Shown here piece after piece: positions 41,494 through 50,128 of a DNA stretch of 64,000 bases (positions are counted from its first letter, which is position 1; each line of letters opens with the position of its first letter). This DNA comes from Cytophagales bacterium (lineage in GTDB: Bacteria; Bacteroidota; Bacteroidia; Cytophagales; JAHDFW01). Under the pieces are notes generated by a model. It was not told the DNA's origin and did no database searches. It saw only the letters and a list, made by a program, of their open reading frames with translations. The position numbers and the translations under genes were made by a program. The stretch covers positions 13,079-77,078 of the forward strand of contig CBDICC010000026.1 of NCBI GenBank assembly GCA_965277185.1, in the 5' to 3' direction.

Positions 41494-42393
41494 TTAATTT
41501 TTGAATGGGATCAAACTGTATCTAAAAATCCCGTAAGGATTGTTCTGAGCCCCAAAACCTTTATAAAATCGAGCTAAAGAAGGGATTCTTGAGCCTTCAA
41601 AATCAAAAACATGGTCCGAACCGGCATATTGTTCAATCATATGATCGATTAAAAGGGTAGAGGCTGCCGTTTGTTTTGCTTCTTCATTTGAAGCCAGCAT
41701 TACCATGGAGAATCGGTTCGATGAATAAAAGAAAATTGCACCAGCAATCAATTGTCCTGATTTTAATACCGACAGACATCGAATCTTTCCTTGAGATGAT
41801 ACTGCTTGACAAATCAATTCAAAGCGATCATAATCCTTCCGTTTTACTTCTTCTACTTCTTTCCCTTTGGAATTTTTGAATAGTTCAATTACATCGTGTG
41901 ATAAAAGGTTATCGACCACAACCAAATCTGCTTTTTGGGCTTTTTTTAGATTACGTTTTGTCTGCGAATTATATTGTTTGCGGAGCTCATCAATTGAAGC
42001 ATTCAATGTGAGTTCAAAATTTGGAGCCGTATTCACTTCTGAATAGGTCGTAGAATAATGATTTAATTGAATGGAGATGTGCTTATATTGTTTTTTAAGA
42101 AATGGTATAGCCGCATTATAATAGGTTTTATAATTAGCCGCATTCGTACAAAACAAGCCTAATTGCTGTGTGAAAAACGGTTGATAGAGGTACGCAATTT
42201 TATATTTCCTTCGATGTGTCAACGGAAAAACAGCCTCGTAATCTCCAAACACCAATCCTTTCCAATTATCTGCTGAAACGTCCAGATACCAACTTAATCC
42301 ATAGATCAAATTACTCGAGCTGGTAACGCATTTGTTCCATTTTGAATCGTCAATTTCATGACGTTCTATTATGTTAAAGTTTACTTCCGGCAT
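41494..42393 (-). CDS. GNAT/FemAB-like acyltransferase-fold protein
   Basis: IYGLSWYLD, YQPFFTQQLG, FDFEGSRIPSLARFYKGFGA. Confidence 0.75.
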   Translation of the reverse strand: MPEVNFNIIERHEIDDSKWNKCVTSSSNLIYGLSWYLDVSADNWKGLVFGDYEAVFPLTHRRKYKIAYLYQPFFTQQLGLFCTNAANYKTYYNAAIPFLKKQYKHISIQLNHYSTTYSEVNTAPNFELTLNASIDELRKQYNSQTKRNLKKAQKADLVVVDNLLSHDVIELFKNSKGKEVEEVKRKDYDRFELICQAVSSQGKIRCLSVLKSGQLIAGAIFFYSSNRFSMVMLASNEEAKQTAASTLLIDHMIEQYAGSDHVFDFEGSRIPSLARFYKGFGAQNNPYGIFRYSLIPFKN

Positions 42394-43702
42394 GCTTAAT
42401 CAACTTTTCGTAAACACTTTTCCATCCAAAAAATTCATTTTCATTGGTCAACGAGCTATTGTGCCAAAGCAAGCTAAAAGTTCCGTTATAACGCGCTATT
42501 TGATCAATTAAATCAATAGCTAATGCCAATCCTTCCTTTGGTTTAAGTTTTAAATATTGGATTAAGGATACTTCCATTAAATTTAGCGGGATTAATCGAA
42601 GTGAGGAAGACTCATTTGTAGATAAATCGAAAAAACAATGAGGAGTGCAGGTTCCTGATCTAAAACCTGGTTGCTCTGCATAGCCAAGACTAAAATCTTT
42701 TTCAACTCCAGCTTCCATCAAATCTTGGTAGGTTTCAGGAAAGGTAAGTCGTAAATAATGTTGTCTACTTGTAGTAATCGGAGGTAATTGTGTCGGTAAA
42801 CAACTTTTTAAGGCTCTTATTTCTTGTTTTAGATTGTCATTTTTTAGGCTAAAATAGGAAGGATGAATTCCTATTTCGCCATATTGACTAATCTCAAAAA
42901 CTTTCTTTTTGAATAGTTTATTGAATGGATTAACATTCTTGTCATACTTAGTAGTTTGGAGAGACGAAAGGAAGAAATAGTATGCTTTTGCCCCTACACT
43001 TTGATGTTGTTTGTCTATATATTCAAATACGTCATAAGGATCTTTTATTATTCCACTAAGCACAAAAACCCGCTGATAGACTTCCATTACTCTAAAATAG
43101 AGTACATCTCTGAGATAGCCTCCCATAGAACGTAAAAAGCCTTTTCCACGATAACAATACATTTGATCAATATCGTAGGTCGGAATGAATTCAAAATTCC
43201 TTTCTCCAAAGACCAGTGTTTTATCTGCTTCAGTGAGTTGTTTTTTAAAATACTTCGCCCATTGATCAATTACAGGAGTAAGATTTAAATTTGCCTTAGA
43301 TAGGACACTATTAGATGCTTTATAACGACCATGATCATCCTTTTCATGAGAATTGTACTCTTCATAGCGACTAATCAAATAAAAGATAGCACTGAATAGA
43401 TCAAATTTGTGTTGATCGCTCGAATTCTGGGAATCAAGAAGTAGGATAGAAACGGAATCAGCATCGTCTTGTATCGTTGACCAAGAAGTTGAAACCTCTC
43501 GGATCTTTGTTTCTCCTAACAATCCAACATTAGGGATTTGAATGCTTTTGTGTGCTTTCGATTCTTTATTACCGTAGATAATATGTGCTTCATCAGGATT
43601 ATCTGTAAACGTGTAATTTATTTTCATTACATCATTAAACAGAAAATTCAATGTAAACTTTAGTCTGTTCGTATTTTTTATTTCAGAACAAATTCGAATC
43701 AA
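42374..43702 (-). CDS. polysaccharide deacetylase-like protein (DUF7033-type N-terminus)
   Basis: DLFSAIFYLISRYEEY, PTYDID, IGIHPSY, RQHYLR, GFRSGTCTP, LLWHN. Confidence 0.78.
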   Translation of the reverse strand: MIRICSEIKNTNRLKFTLNFLFNDVMKINYTFTDNPDEAHIIYGNKESKAHKSIQIPNVGLLGETKIREVSTSWSTIQDDADSVSILLLDSQNSSDQHKFDLFSAIFYLISRYEEYNSHEKDDHGRYKASNSVLSKANLNLTPVIDQWAKYFKKQLTEADKTLVFGERNFEFIPTYDIDQMYCYRGKGFLRSMGGYLRDVLYFRVMEVYQRVFVLSGIIKDPYDVFEYIDKQHQSVGAKAYYFFLSSLQTTKYDKNVNPFNKLFKKKVFEISQYGEIGIHPSYFSLKNDNLKQEIRALKSCLPTQLPPITTSRQHYLRLTFPETYQDLMEAGVEKDFSLGYAEQPGFRSGTCTPHCFFDLSTNESSSLRLIPLNLMEVSLIQYLKLKPKEGLALAIDLIDQIARYNGTFSLLWHNSSLTNENEFFGWKSVYEKLIKHAGSKL

Positions 43703-43730
43703 ATCAACGGGTAATACCTATTTTAGCAAC

Positions 43731-44639
43731 GTGAAAAAACTTTTAGTCATCGCAGGCCCAACGGCCGTTGGTAAAACAAATTTAGCAATTCAGGCGGCTC
43801 AGCAATTGAATTGCTCGATTATTTCATGCGATTCGAGGCAGTTTTATAAGGAAATGACCATTGGAACGGCTAAACCAGATGCAGATGAACTTGCTGCAGC
43901 TCCGCATTACTTTGTCAATTCACATCATATTGACGAACCTTTTAACGCAAACGACTTTGAAAAAGAAGCTCTAAAAACCATTAAAAAACTCCATTTAAAG
44001 GATGATAATGTAATTATGGTAGGAGGATCTGGATTATATGTGAAAGCAGTCTGTGAAGGATTTGATCCAATTCCGGCAATCGATCCTTCCATCCGAACGG
44101 TACTAAATTCTACCTATGAACAATCTGGTTTGAATGTTCTTTTGGATGAATTGAAAGCCAAAGATTTTCCATATTTTGAAATGGTTGATCAGCAAAATCC
44201 TCAACGGGTAATTCGTGCACTTGAAGTAATTAGAGGGACTGGCAATGCCTTCAGTTCGTATCGTGTAAATTCTGTGCAGAAACGTCCCTTTGAGATTGTA
44301 AAGATTGGTTTGGAAATGGAGCGAGCTCAATTATACGAACGAATCAATCTTCGAATGGATTTAATGCTTAAACAGGGTCTTATAGATGAAGCAAAAAGTC
44401 TTTATCCTCGTAAAGGTTTAAACGCTTTGCAAACCGTTGGATATCAGGAAATTTTTGAATTTATTGATGAGAAATATGATTTGGATGAATGCATTCGATT
44501 ATTAAAACGCAATAGTAGACGTTATTCTAAAAGGCAAATGACTTGGTTTAAAAGAGATCTGGCTTTTGAATGGATCAACCTTTCCGAAAAATCACAAGAA
44601 GAGGCGCTTAAAGAAATATTGAGGTTTGTCAATACCTAA
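43731..44639 (+). CDS. miaA: tRNA dimethylallyltransferase
   Basis: GPTAVGKT, DSRQFY, GGSGLY, NPQRVIRALEV, TVGYQE, YSKRQMTWF. Confidence 0.98.
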   Translation: MKKLLVIAGPTAVGKTNLAIQAAQQLNCSIISCDSRQFYKEMTIGTAKPDADELAAAPHYFVNSHHIDEPFNANDFEKEALKTIKKLHLKDDNVIMVGGSGLYVKAVCEGFDPIPAIDPSIRTVLNSTYEQSGLNVLLDELKAKDFPYFEMVDQQNPQRVIRALEVIRGTGNAFSSYRVNSVQKRPFEIVKIGLEMERAQLYERINLRMDLMLKQGLIDEAKSLYPRKGLNALQTVGYQEIFEFIDEKYDLDECIRLLKRNSRRYSKRQMTWFKRDLAFEWINLSEKSQEEALKEILRFVNT

Positions 44640-44669
44640 TTTACTCGTTAACAACAAGATTCTATCTAT

Positions 44670-45314
44670 ATGAAAACATCAAACGGCGGTCTCTATTTTG
44701 AATTTGCATTTTTATTTATCGTTATCCCGATTCTTCTGGCATTGGACATTATTCCAAATTTCATTAAACCAATACTGGTTGTAAGCGGATTTGTGTATTG
44801 TTTAATTGTAATGTATCGACAAGGATGGTTAAAAAAAGCCAACTTATTTTCAAAAGGGAATGGTTGGTCTTTAAAAACATTTGCCATTCGTTTTGGGGTT
44901 ATTATTATTTCCAGTTTGATCTTTGTCTGGTTTTATGATGCTTCTAAACTTTTTGCAGTGATGCTTAAAAAGCCATTCTTATGGCTGGGAATATTATTTG
45001 TTTATTCATTCCTTTCAGTATATCCTCAGGAATTAATGTATCGTGCATACTTCTTTAAACGATATGAAAAACTATTTGAACGATACGGGAGTACTTTTTT
45101 TATTATTCTAAATGCACTTTTGTTTTCACTAGCTCATTTAATGTTGAAAAATGAACTTGTTTTAGGTATCACTTTTATCGGAGGATTGTTGTTTGCTACT
45201 ACCTATAAAAAGAGTCGCTCTCTTTTTCTTGCATCAGTTGAACATGCAGTGTTCGGATGTTGGTTGTTTACGGTAGGAATAGGGGATATGCTTGCTTTCC
45301 CGTCTGCTGGCTGA
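44670..45314 (+). CDS. CPBP (CAAX/Abi) family intramembrane metalloprotease
   Basis: QELMYRAYFF, LFSLAH, EHAVFG and multiple TM segments. Confidence 0.85.
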   Translation: MKTSNGGLYFEFAFLFIVIPILLALDIIPNFIKPILVVSGFVYCLIVMYRQGWLKKANLFSKGNGWSLKTFAIRFGVIIISSLIFVWFYDASKLFAVMLKKPFLWLGILFVYSFLSVYPQELMYRAYFFKRYEKLFERYGSTFFIILNALLFSLAHLMLKNELVLGITFIGGLLFATTYKKSRSLFLASVEHAVFGCWLFTVGIGDMLAFPSAG

Positions 45315-45323
45315 TATAATTGT

Positions 45324-45547
45324 TTTTCGGTTTTTCGGTTTCTCAGTTCTTCAGTTTCTCGGTTCTTCAGTTCCTCAGTTTTTCGGTTTTTCGGTTCTTC
45401 GGTTCTTCGGTTCTTCGGTTTTTCGGTTTCTCAGTTTTTCGGTTTTTCGGTTCTTCAGTTTTTCAATTTCTCAGTTCCTCAGTTTTTCGGTTCTTCAGTT
45501 CTTCGGTTCTTCGGTTCTTCAGTTTTTCGGTTTCTCAGTTCCTCAGT
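45324..45547. repeat. tandem array of 28 degenerate 8-bp units (TYYTCRGT)
   Basis: Counted unit by unit; variants TTTTCGGT, TCTTCAGT, TTCTCAGT, TCTTCGGT, TCCTCAGT, and one TTTTCAAT. Confidence 0.97.
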
Positions 45548-45549
45548 TT

Positions 45550-45891
45550 CTAATTTTTCTTCCTTAACTAGCAACTGAATAACGGATCAACTGAATAACT
45601 TTTTCACACAATTCTTCAGTTCTTCCGTTTCTAATTTTTCTTCCTTAACTAGCAACTGAATAACGGATCAACTGAATAACTCTTTTTTACAATTCTTTGG
45701 TTTCTCAGTTTCTCAGTTTCTCGGTTCTTCAGTTCTTCAGTTTCTCAGTTTTTCGGTTTCTAATTATACTTTCTTAACTAGCAACTGAATAACGGATCAA
45801 CTGAATAACTTTTTCACACAATTCTTCAGTTCCTCAGTTTCTAATTTTTCTTCCTTAACTAGCAACTGAATAACGGATCAACTGAATAACT
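45550..45891. repeat. four 51-bp direct repeats separated by short octamer runs
   Basis: CTAATTTTTCTTCCTTAACTAGCAACTGAATAACGGATCAACTGAATAACT at 45550, 45631, 45760 (variant) and 45841; spacing 81/129/81. Confidence 0.95.
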
Positions 45892-46003
45892 ATTTTTTAC
45901 AATTCTTCGATTTCTCGGTTCTGTAGTTTAACATTACTTGATGAATTTTGTTTCACCTAATTTAATAAGGTAAGCCAAAGTCATTTTACTAAATCATAAA
46001 CTT

Positions 46004-46804
46004 TTATAAATCAACTGGAGGGGCTTCGGCTGGCATTTCTTTTAACACACTTCCCTTTTTTGTATTGAAATTTAAGTGTATTCCTATAACAAAGATCACG
46101 GGTCTTTGTCTAAAAGATATATCTCTTTCAGGATTTTGACCTAATGAAAGACCTCCCTGACCAAAAAACTTTACGTTTTTAGATCCGAGTCTCAAGGTAA
46201 AAGTTGGTTCATGAAAGATGTTATAAGGCTGCCCTTGAATGGCATTGTCAGCACCAAGATCCAATGCATAGACGTTCACAAATGAAACGCGGTAGGCAAA
46301 AAAGAAATCCACGTTTTTATGGGTTAATCCAATTGCTGGTTGACCGAAAATTCGAAAATAGTTGCCTTGTACGGTGCTGTTATAGGTGATATCTGGGTCA
46401 AATACATTTGCATAAGATACTAAACCAGACGATTTGCCTATACCAGCTCCACCATATCCTGTAAACATAAATGCTAGGTCTTTATCACTTTTCACATATC
46501 CTTTGTTCAGAATAACATTGGTTCCTGCACCAGCTTCCACAAAAGAATGCTTATGATAAGTGGTTGTATTGGAACTTTTTTCGTTGGCAAAACTCGTATT
46601 TACCATTAATCCAACTTTATCCGAAACGGCAAAGGCTCCTTGCAAATCATGTCCATTCGTACCGGCTGTATAAGACATATGGAGGTCTCCCTGTTTTTTC
46701 AACACAGGTACGTTGGTTGTATTTGGAATGTATAATGGTGGTGTACAGGAATATAGAAATCCTAAAAGAACCAAGGCGAAGAGAATGTTGAAAAAGCGAT
46801 TCAT
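46004..46804 (-). CDS. hypothetical outer-membrane lipoprotein (beta-strand rich)
   Basis: Lipobox LYSC then TPPLYIPNTTNVP; amphipathic strands. Start moved to ATG 46804. Confidence 0.72.
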   Translation of the reverse strand: MNRFFNILFALVLLGFLYSCTPPLYIPNTTNVPVLKKQGDLHMSYTAGTNGHDLQGAFAVSDKVGLMVNTSFANEKSSNTTTYHKHSFVEAGAGTNVILNKGYVKSDKDLAFMFTGYGGAGIGKSSGLVSYANVFDPDITYNSTVQGNYFRIFGQPAIGLTHKNVDFFFAYRVSFVNVYALDLGADNAIQGQPYNIFHEPTFTLRLGSKNVKFFGQGGLSLGQNPERDISFRQRPVIFVIGIHLNFNTKKGSVLKEMPAEAPPVDL

Positions 46805-46870
46805 ATTGATTAGTTTTATGCAAAAGTACAAAAAATCATTCGACAAACTCACAACTAATTCATTTCCAAC

Positions 46871-47728
46871 ATGCCTAACTTCATGAAAATAACAGAATGT
46901 CCACGCGATGCGATGCAAGGATTGCATGATTTTATCCCAACAGATACGAAAGCGGACTATTTAAATACATTATTACAAGTAGGTTTTGACACATTGGATT
47001 TTGGCAGTTTTGTCTCTCCTAAAGCGATTCCACAATTAAGGGATACTGCTGAGGTGCTGGGTAAGTTAAATTTGGATGAAACCAACACTAAGTTATTAGC
47101 CATTATTGCTAATTTGAGAGGTGCTCAAGACGCATGTAAATTTGATGAGATTCAATATTTAGGCTTTCCTCTTTCGGCTTCAGAGCAATTTCAACAACGA
47201 AACACCAACAAAAGCATTTCAGACGCGCTTGTTACGATCCAACAAATACAAGAATTGTGCATAGCGCATAACAAACAACTAGTAGTGTATATTTCGATGG
47301 GATTTGGAAATCCTTATAATGAGCCTTACAGTCCAGAGATAGTAGGGGAGCTGGTTCAAAAATTAGATACTATTCAGATTCCAATCATAGCTCTTTCAGA
47401 TACTATTGGCGTATCAACTCCTGAAAACATTTCTCCACTATTTTCTACGTTGATTCCAGCATTTCCTTCGATTGAATTTGGTGCTCATATGCATTCAAAC
47501 CCATTGTCTTGGCATGAAAAAATCAGTTCAGCTTACGATGCTGGTTGCCGAAGATTTGATGGTGCATTAAAAGGATTTGGTGGTTGCCCGCTTGCTGAGG
47601 ATAAATTGGTAGGAAATATCGCTACAGAAAACCTGATTGGGTATTGTCTTGAAAATAACATTGAATTAGAATTGGATCAGGAGCAGCAGGAATTGGCCAT
47701 GGCGAAGGCGATGGTTGTTTTTCCTTGA
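46871..47728 (+). CDS. hmgL: hydroxymethylglutaryl-CoA lyase
   Basis: ECPRDAMQG, SFVSPKAIPQ, SDTIG, HMH, GFGGCP, GNIATE; may start at ATG 46883. Confidence 0.9.
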   Translation: MPNFMKITECPRDAMQGLHDFIPTDTKADYLNTLLQVGFDTLDFGSFVSPKAIPQLRDTAEVLGKLNLDETNTKLLAIIANLRGAQDACKFDEIQYLGFPLSASEQFQQRNTNKSISDALVTIQQIQELCIAHNKQLVVYISMGFGNPYNEPYSPEIVGELVQKLDTIQIPIIALSDTIGVSTPENISPLFSTLIPAFPSIEFGAHMHSNPLSWHEKISSAYDAGCRRFDGALKGFGGCPLAEDKLVGNIATENLIGYCLENNIELELDQEQQELAMAKAMVVFP

Positions 47729-47788
47729 TAACGTTAGGGAATACCTTTTGAAATTGTTGGGTAACTATTGAATAAAAGGTTTTAATAA

Positions 47789-47815
47789 AAGTTCCCCGAA
47801 CAAGTCGGGGAACTT
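47789..47815. terminator. hairpin between convergent genes
   Basis: AAGTTCCCCGA-ACAAG-TCGGGGAACTT. Confidence 0.75.
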
Positions 47816-47848
47816 AGAATGTTTTATATCTGAAGGACTCCTTTTGGA

Positions 47849-49312
47849 TTAATTCCATTTATTTGTCTCTTCTTCCATCCAGTTTTGATCGTAAAGTTGC
47901 ATTCCCATTCGGAGGGCTTGCCAAACTTGATCTTTGGAACCATCTATATTTCTTCTTAACCAAAATCCGATTACATATGAATCGCTGATTGGTTCGTTAT
48001 TGTAGACGTAATTTTGTTCTTCATCTAGATCTATGAACGAGTTTTTATATTTTCCATAAATGTAGCTTGGTCCATTGAATAAATCCTCATTCTGAAATGC
48101 GCCTAAATAAGCCTGACTTTCTTTTTCGATGTCTAAATTGTTGGTTGTATAATAATATCCCCTTACCATCATTCTAAAAAAGTAGCTGTACACATTTGTA
48201 TAAATTGTTTGCATGCTGACACCTGCAATTTGGGATTCAGGATCAGGGATCATATTGTTTGCTGTCCAGTTTATGAAATCTGGATTAATATAATCCATTT
48301 CCCCATGAACTTTAGGGCGGTCTAATACGGGTGAAATAGATCCTAAATCAGTTAAAATAGCATATTTATCATCCCATACACGTCGTGTCCCAGATGCAAC
48401 TACCTCATCAATTCGTTTAAGTAATTCGTGATAATATAAAATGCCATTAATTCCTTCTGTCATCATGGTTAATTTCCGTTCGCCAACCATAATGCTGGAA
48501 TTAGCTTCTGAAGGTGTATATAAATCCATTCCCAAGACAAATTTTTCCATTATTGCTTGATTATTTCCTGTCGCGAATCTCTCCGGCGCCGGAATTAACA
48601 TGTTTTTCACGTCTTTGATAAAGACAGATTCTGTGAACGCCTCGTTTGCAATAATTCCATTTAATGCTTCTTCTCTCTTATTTTTATCCTTGATCGATAG
48701 AGCTCTTTTTGTCATAATGGAAACATTCAAATCTTCCTCTAAATCTGATAATTGTGTAGGTTGTACCCATCCTTCTTTAAACCATGTTTCTCCAGCTGGC
48801 TTTCCCTTGATTTTATACCAATCACTTTGACTTTCTAAAACCACCACAAAGTCCATTCGACTAAATTCATCCTCAGTTACTGTTAATAAATCTGGCCGTT
48901 TATACACTTTCGTATTGTTTTTAACCACGTATCGTTCTACATTTTGCTGCATTAGACTCGATTGTACCCATCCCTCAGTTCCATCACTTAACTTCACTTT
49001 CATGTACTCCCGTTTCTTTGAAGAAGCTTCATCTACCTTTGTTTCACCTAAATATTCAACGATTTCACCTAAATAAATGGCTGTCACGTATTTTCCTTTG
49101 TCTTCTGGAGATGCTTTCACACTTAATTCCTCCCAAATACATACGGCTGTTTCTTTGGCATTACTTGCTTCTGCTGAAGTTTCAGTTGAATTTTCTGACT
49201 CCACGTCATTCGAAGAAGTTTCTGAATCGCTGCTAGATTCAGACCCACAACTGGTCAAAAAGAAAACACCAACTATTACGATAGCCAGTTGAAGTATAAA
49301 GCTCTTTTTCAT
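47849..49312 (-). CDS. lipoprotein with two SH3b-like domains and an unknown C-terminal domain
   Basis: Lipobox LTSC, Ser/Glu linker, VKLSDGTEGWV, WYKIK...KEGWV. Start moved to ATG 49312. Confidence 0.75.
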   Translation of the reverse strand: MKKSFILQLAIVIVGVFFLTSCGSESSSDSETSSNDVESENSTETSAEASNAKETAVCIWEELSVKASPEDKGKYVTAIYLGEIVEYLGETKVDEASSKKREYMKVKLSDGTEGWVQSSLMQQNVERYVVKNNTKVYKRPDLLTVTEDEFSRMDFVVVLESQSDWYKIKGKPAGETWFKEGWVQPTQLSDLEEDLNVSIMTKRALSIKDKNKREEALNGIIANEAFTESVFIKDVKNMLIPAPERFATGNNQAIMEKFVLGMDLYTPSEANSSIMVGERKLTMMTEGINGILYYHELLKRIDEVVASGTRRVWDDKYAILTDLGSISPVLDRPKVHGEMDYINPDFINWTANNMIPDPESQIAGVSMQTIYTNVYSYFFRMMVRGYYYTTNNLDIEKESQAYLGAFQNEDLFNGPSYIYGKYKNSFIDLDEEQNYVYNNEPISDSYVIGFWLRRNIDGSKDQVWQALRMGMQLYDQNWMEEETNKWN

Positions 49313-49396
49313 AATTTTATGTTTAAGTAAGTTCATGTATTGTATTGTATATGTAATATTAGAACAATTTCAACTGAGAAATTATTCCATTAAAAT

Positions 49397-50080
49397 TTAT
49401 ATCGAAAAATGTACTGCAGCCACAATTCCTGCTGTTTCTGTTCGTAATCGACTACTTCCAAGGGTCACTGATTGAAACTTTTGTTGACTCGCTAGATTAA
49501 TTTCATCGACTGAAAAATCACCTTCCGGACCGATCAAAATACAAATATTTTGTTGTTCTTTAAATGCTTCAATCGAAACGGTATCGTCCCTTAAATGAGC
49601 GATTAGTTTATCTTCATTGTTGCATTCATTCACAAAACTGGCATAGGATTGCAGCTCATTAAGTTTCGGTAAAAATAATTTGCCTGACTGTTTCATCGCA
49701 CTCACCGCTTTTTTCAGAAGACGTTCCATTTTTAACACTTTGCGCTCTGAATGTTTACAAAGCAAAAATGAGATTTCATCTATTCCAATTTCAGTTGCTT
49801 TTTCAACAAACCATTCGATTCGATCTAAATTCTTCGTAGGAGCAATGGCAATGTGCACATACTGAGATGCTCGTTGTTCATCAATCGAACTGTTTAGAAT
49901 CTTAATTTCATTTTTCTTGGGATGATCATTGGTTATTTCACAAGTAAATGATCCTCCTTTTCCGTTAATAACTTGAATTTCGTCCCCGACTTTTTTTCGC
50001 AATACTTTGAAACAATGTTGTGCCTCCTCAAATGGTAGGGCGTTGGTTTCAGCTATGTCAGGAGCATAGAATAATTGCAT
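49397..50080 (-). CDS. rsmE: 16S rRNA m3U1498 methyltransferase
   Basis: HCFKVLR, EKATEIG, LIGPEGDFS, LGSSRLRTETAG. Confidence 0.96.
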   Translation of the reverse strand: MQLFYAPDIAETNALPFEEAQHCFKVLRKKVGDEIQVINGKGGSFTCEITNDHPKKNEIKILNSSIDEQRASQYVHIAIAPTKNLDRIEWFVEKATEIGIDEISFLLCKHSERKVLKMERLLKKAVSAMKQSGKLFLPKLNELQSYASFVNECNNEDKLIAHLRDDTVSIEAFKEQQNICILIGPEGDFSVDEINLASQQKFQSVTLGSSRLRTETAGIVAAVHFSI

Positions 50081-50128
50081 CGTTCTTAATTAATTAACTT
50101 GTAGGTTCATTCATTTTATTGAAACTTA

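Noticed and set aside
45292-45567. ORFs of 91 aa and 77 aa rich in F/S/V/Q
   Set aside because: They are translations of the octamer microsatellite, which has no stop codons on this strand; no protein-like features
45550-45891. Possible CRISPR array
   Set aside because: The 'spacers' are repeat-derived and duplicated rather than unique, the repeat is 51 bp, and there is no cas gene in the window
4792-50080. miaE, queD, miaA and rsmE as an RNA-modification cluster
   Set aside because: Dispersed over 45 kb in separate transcription units; ordinary housekeeping scatter
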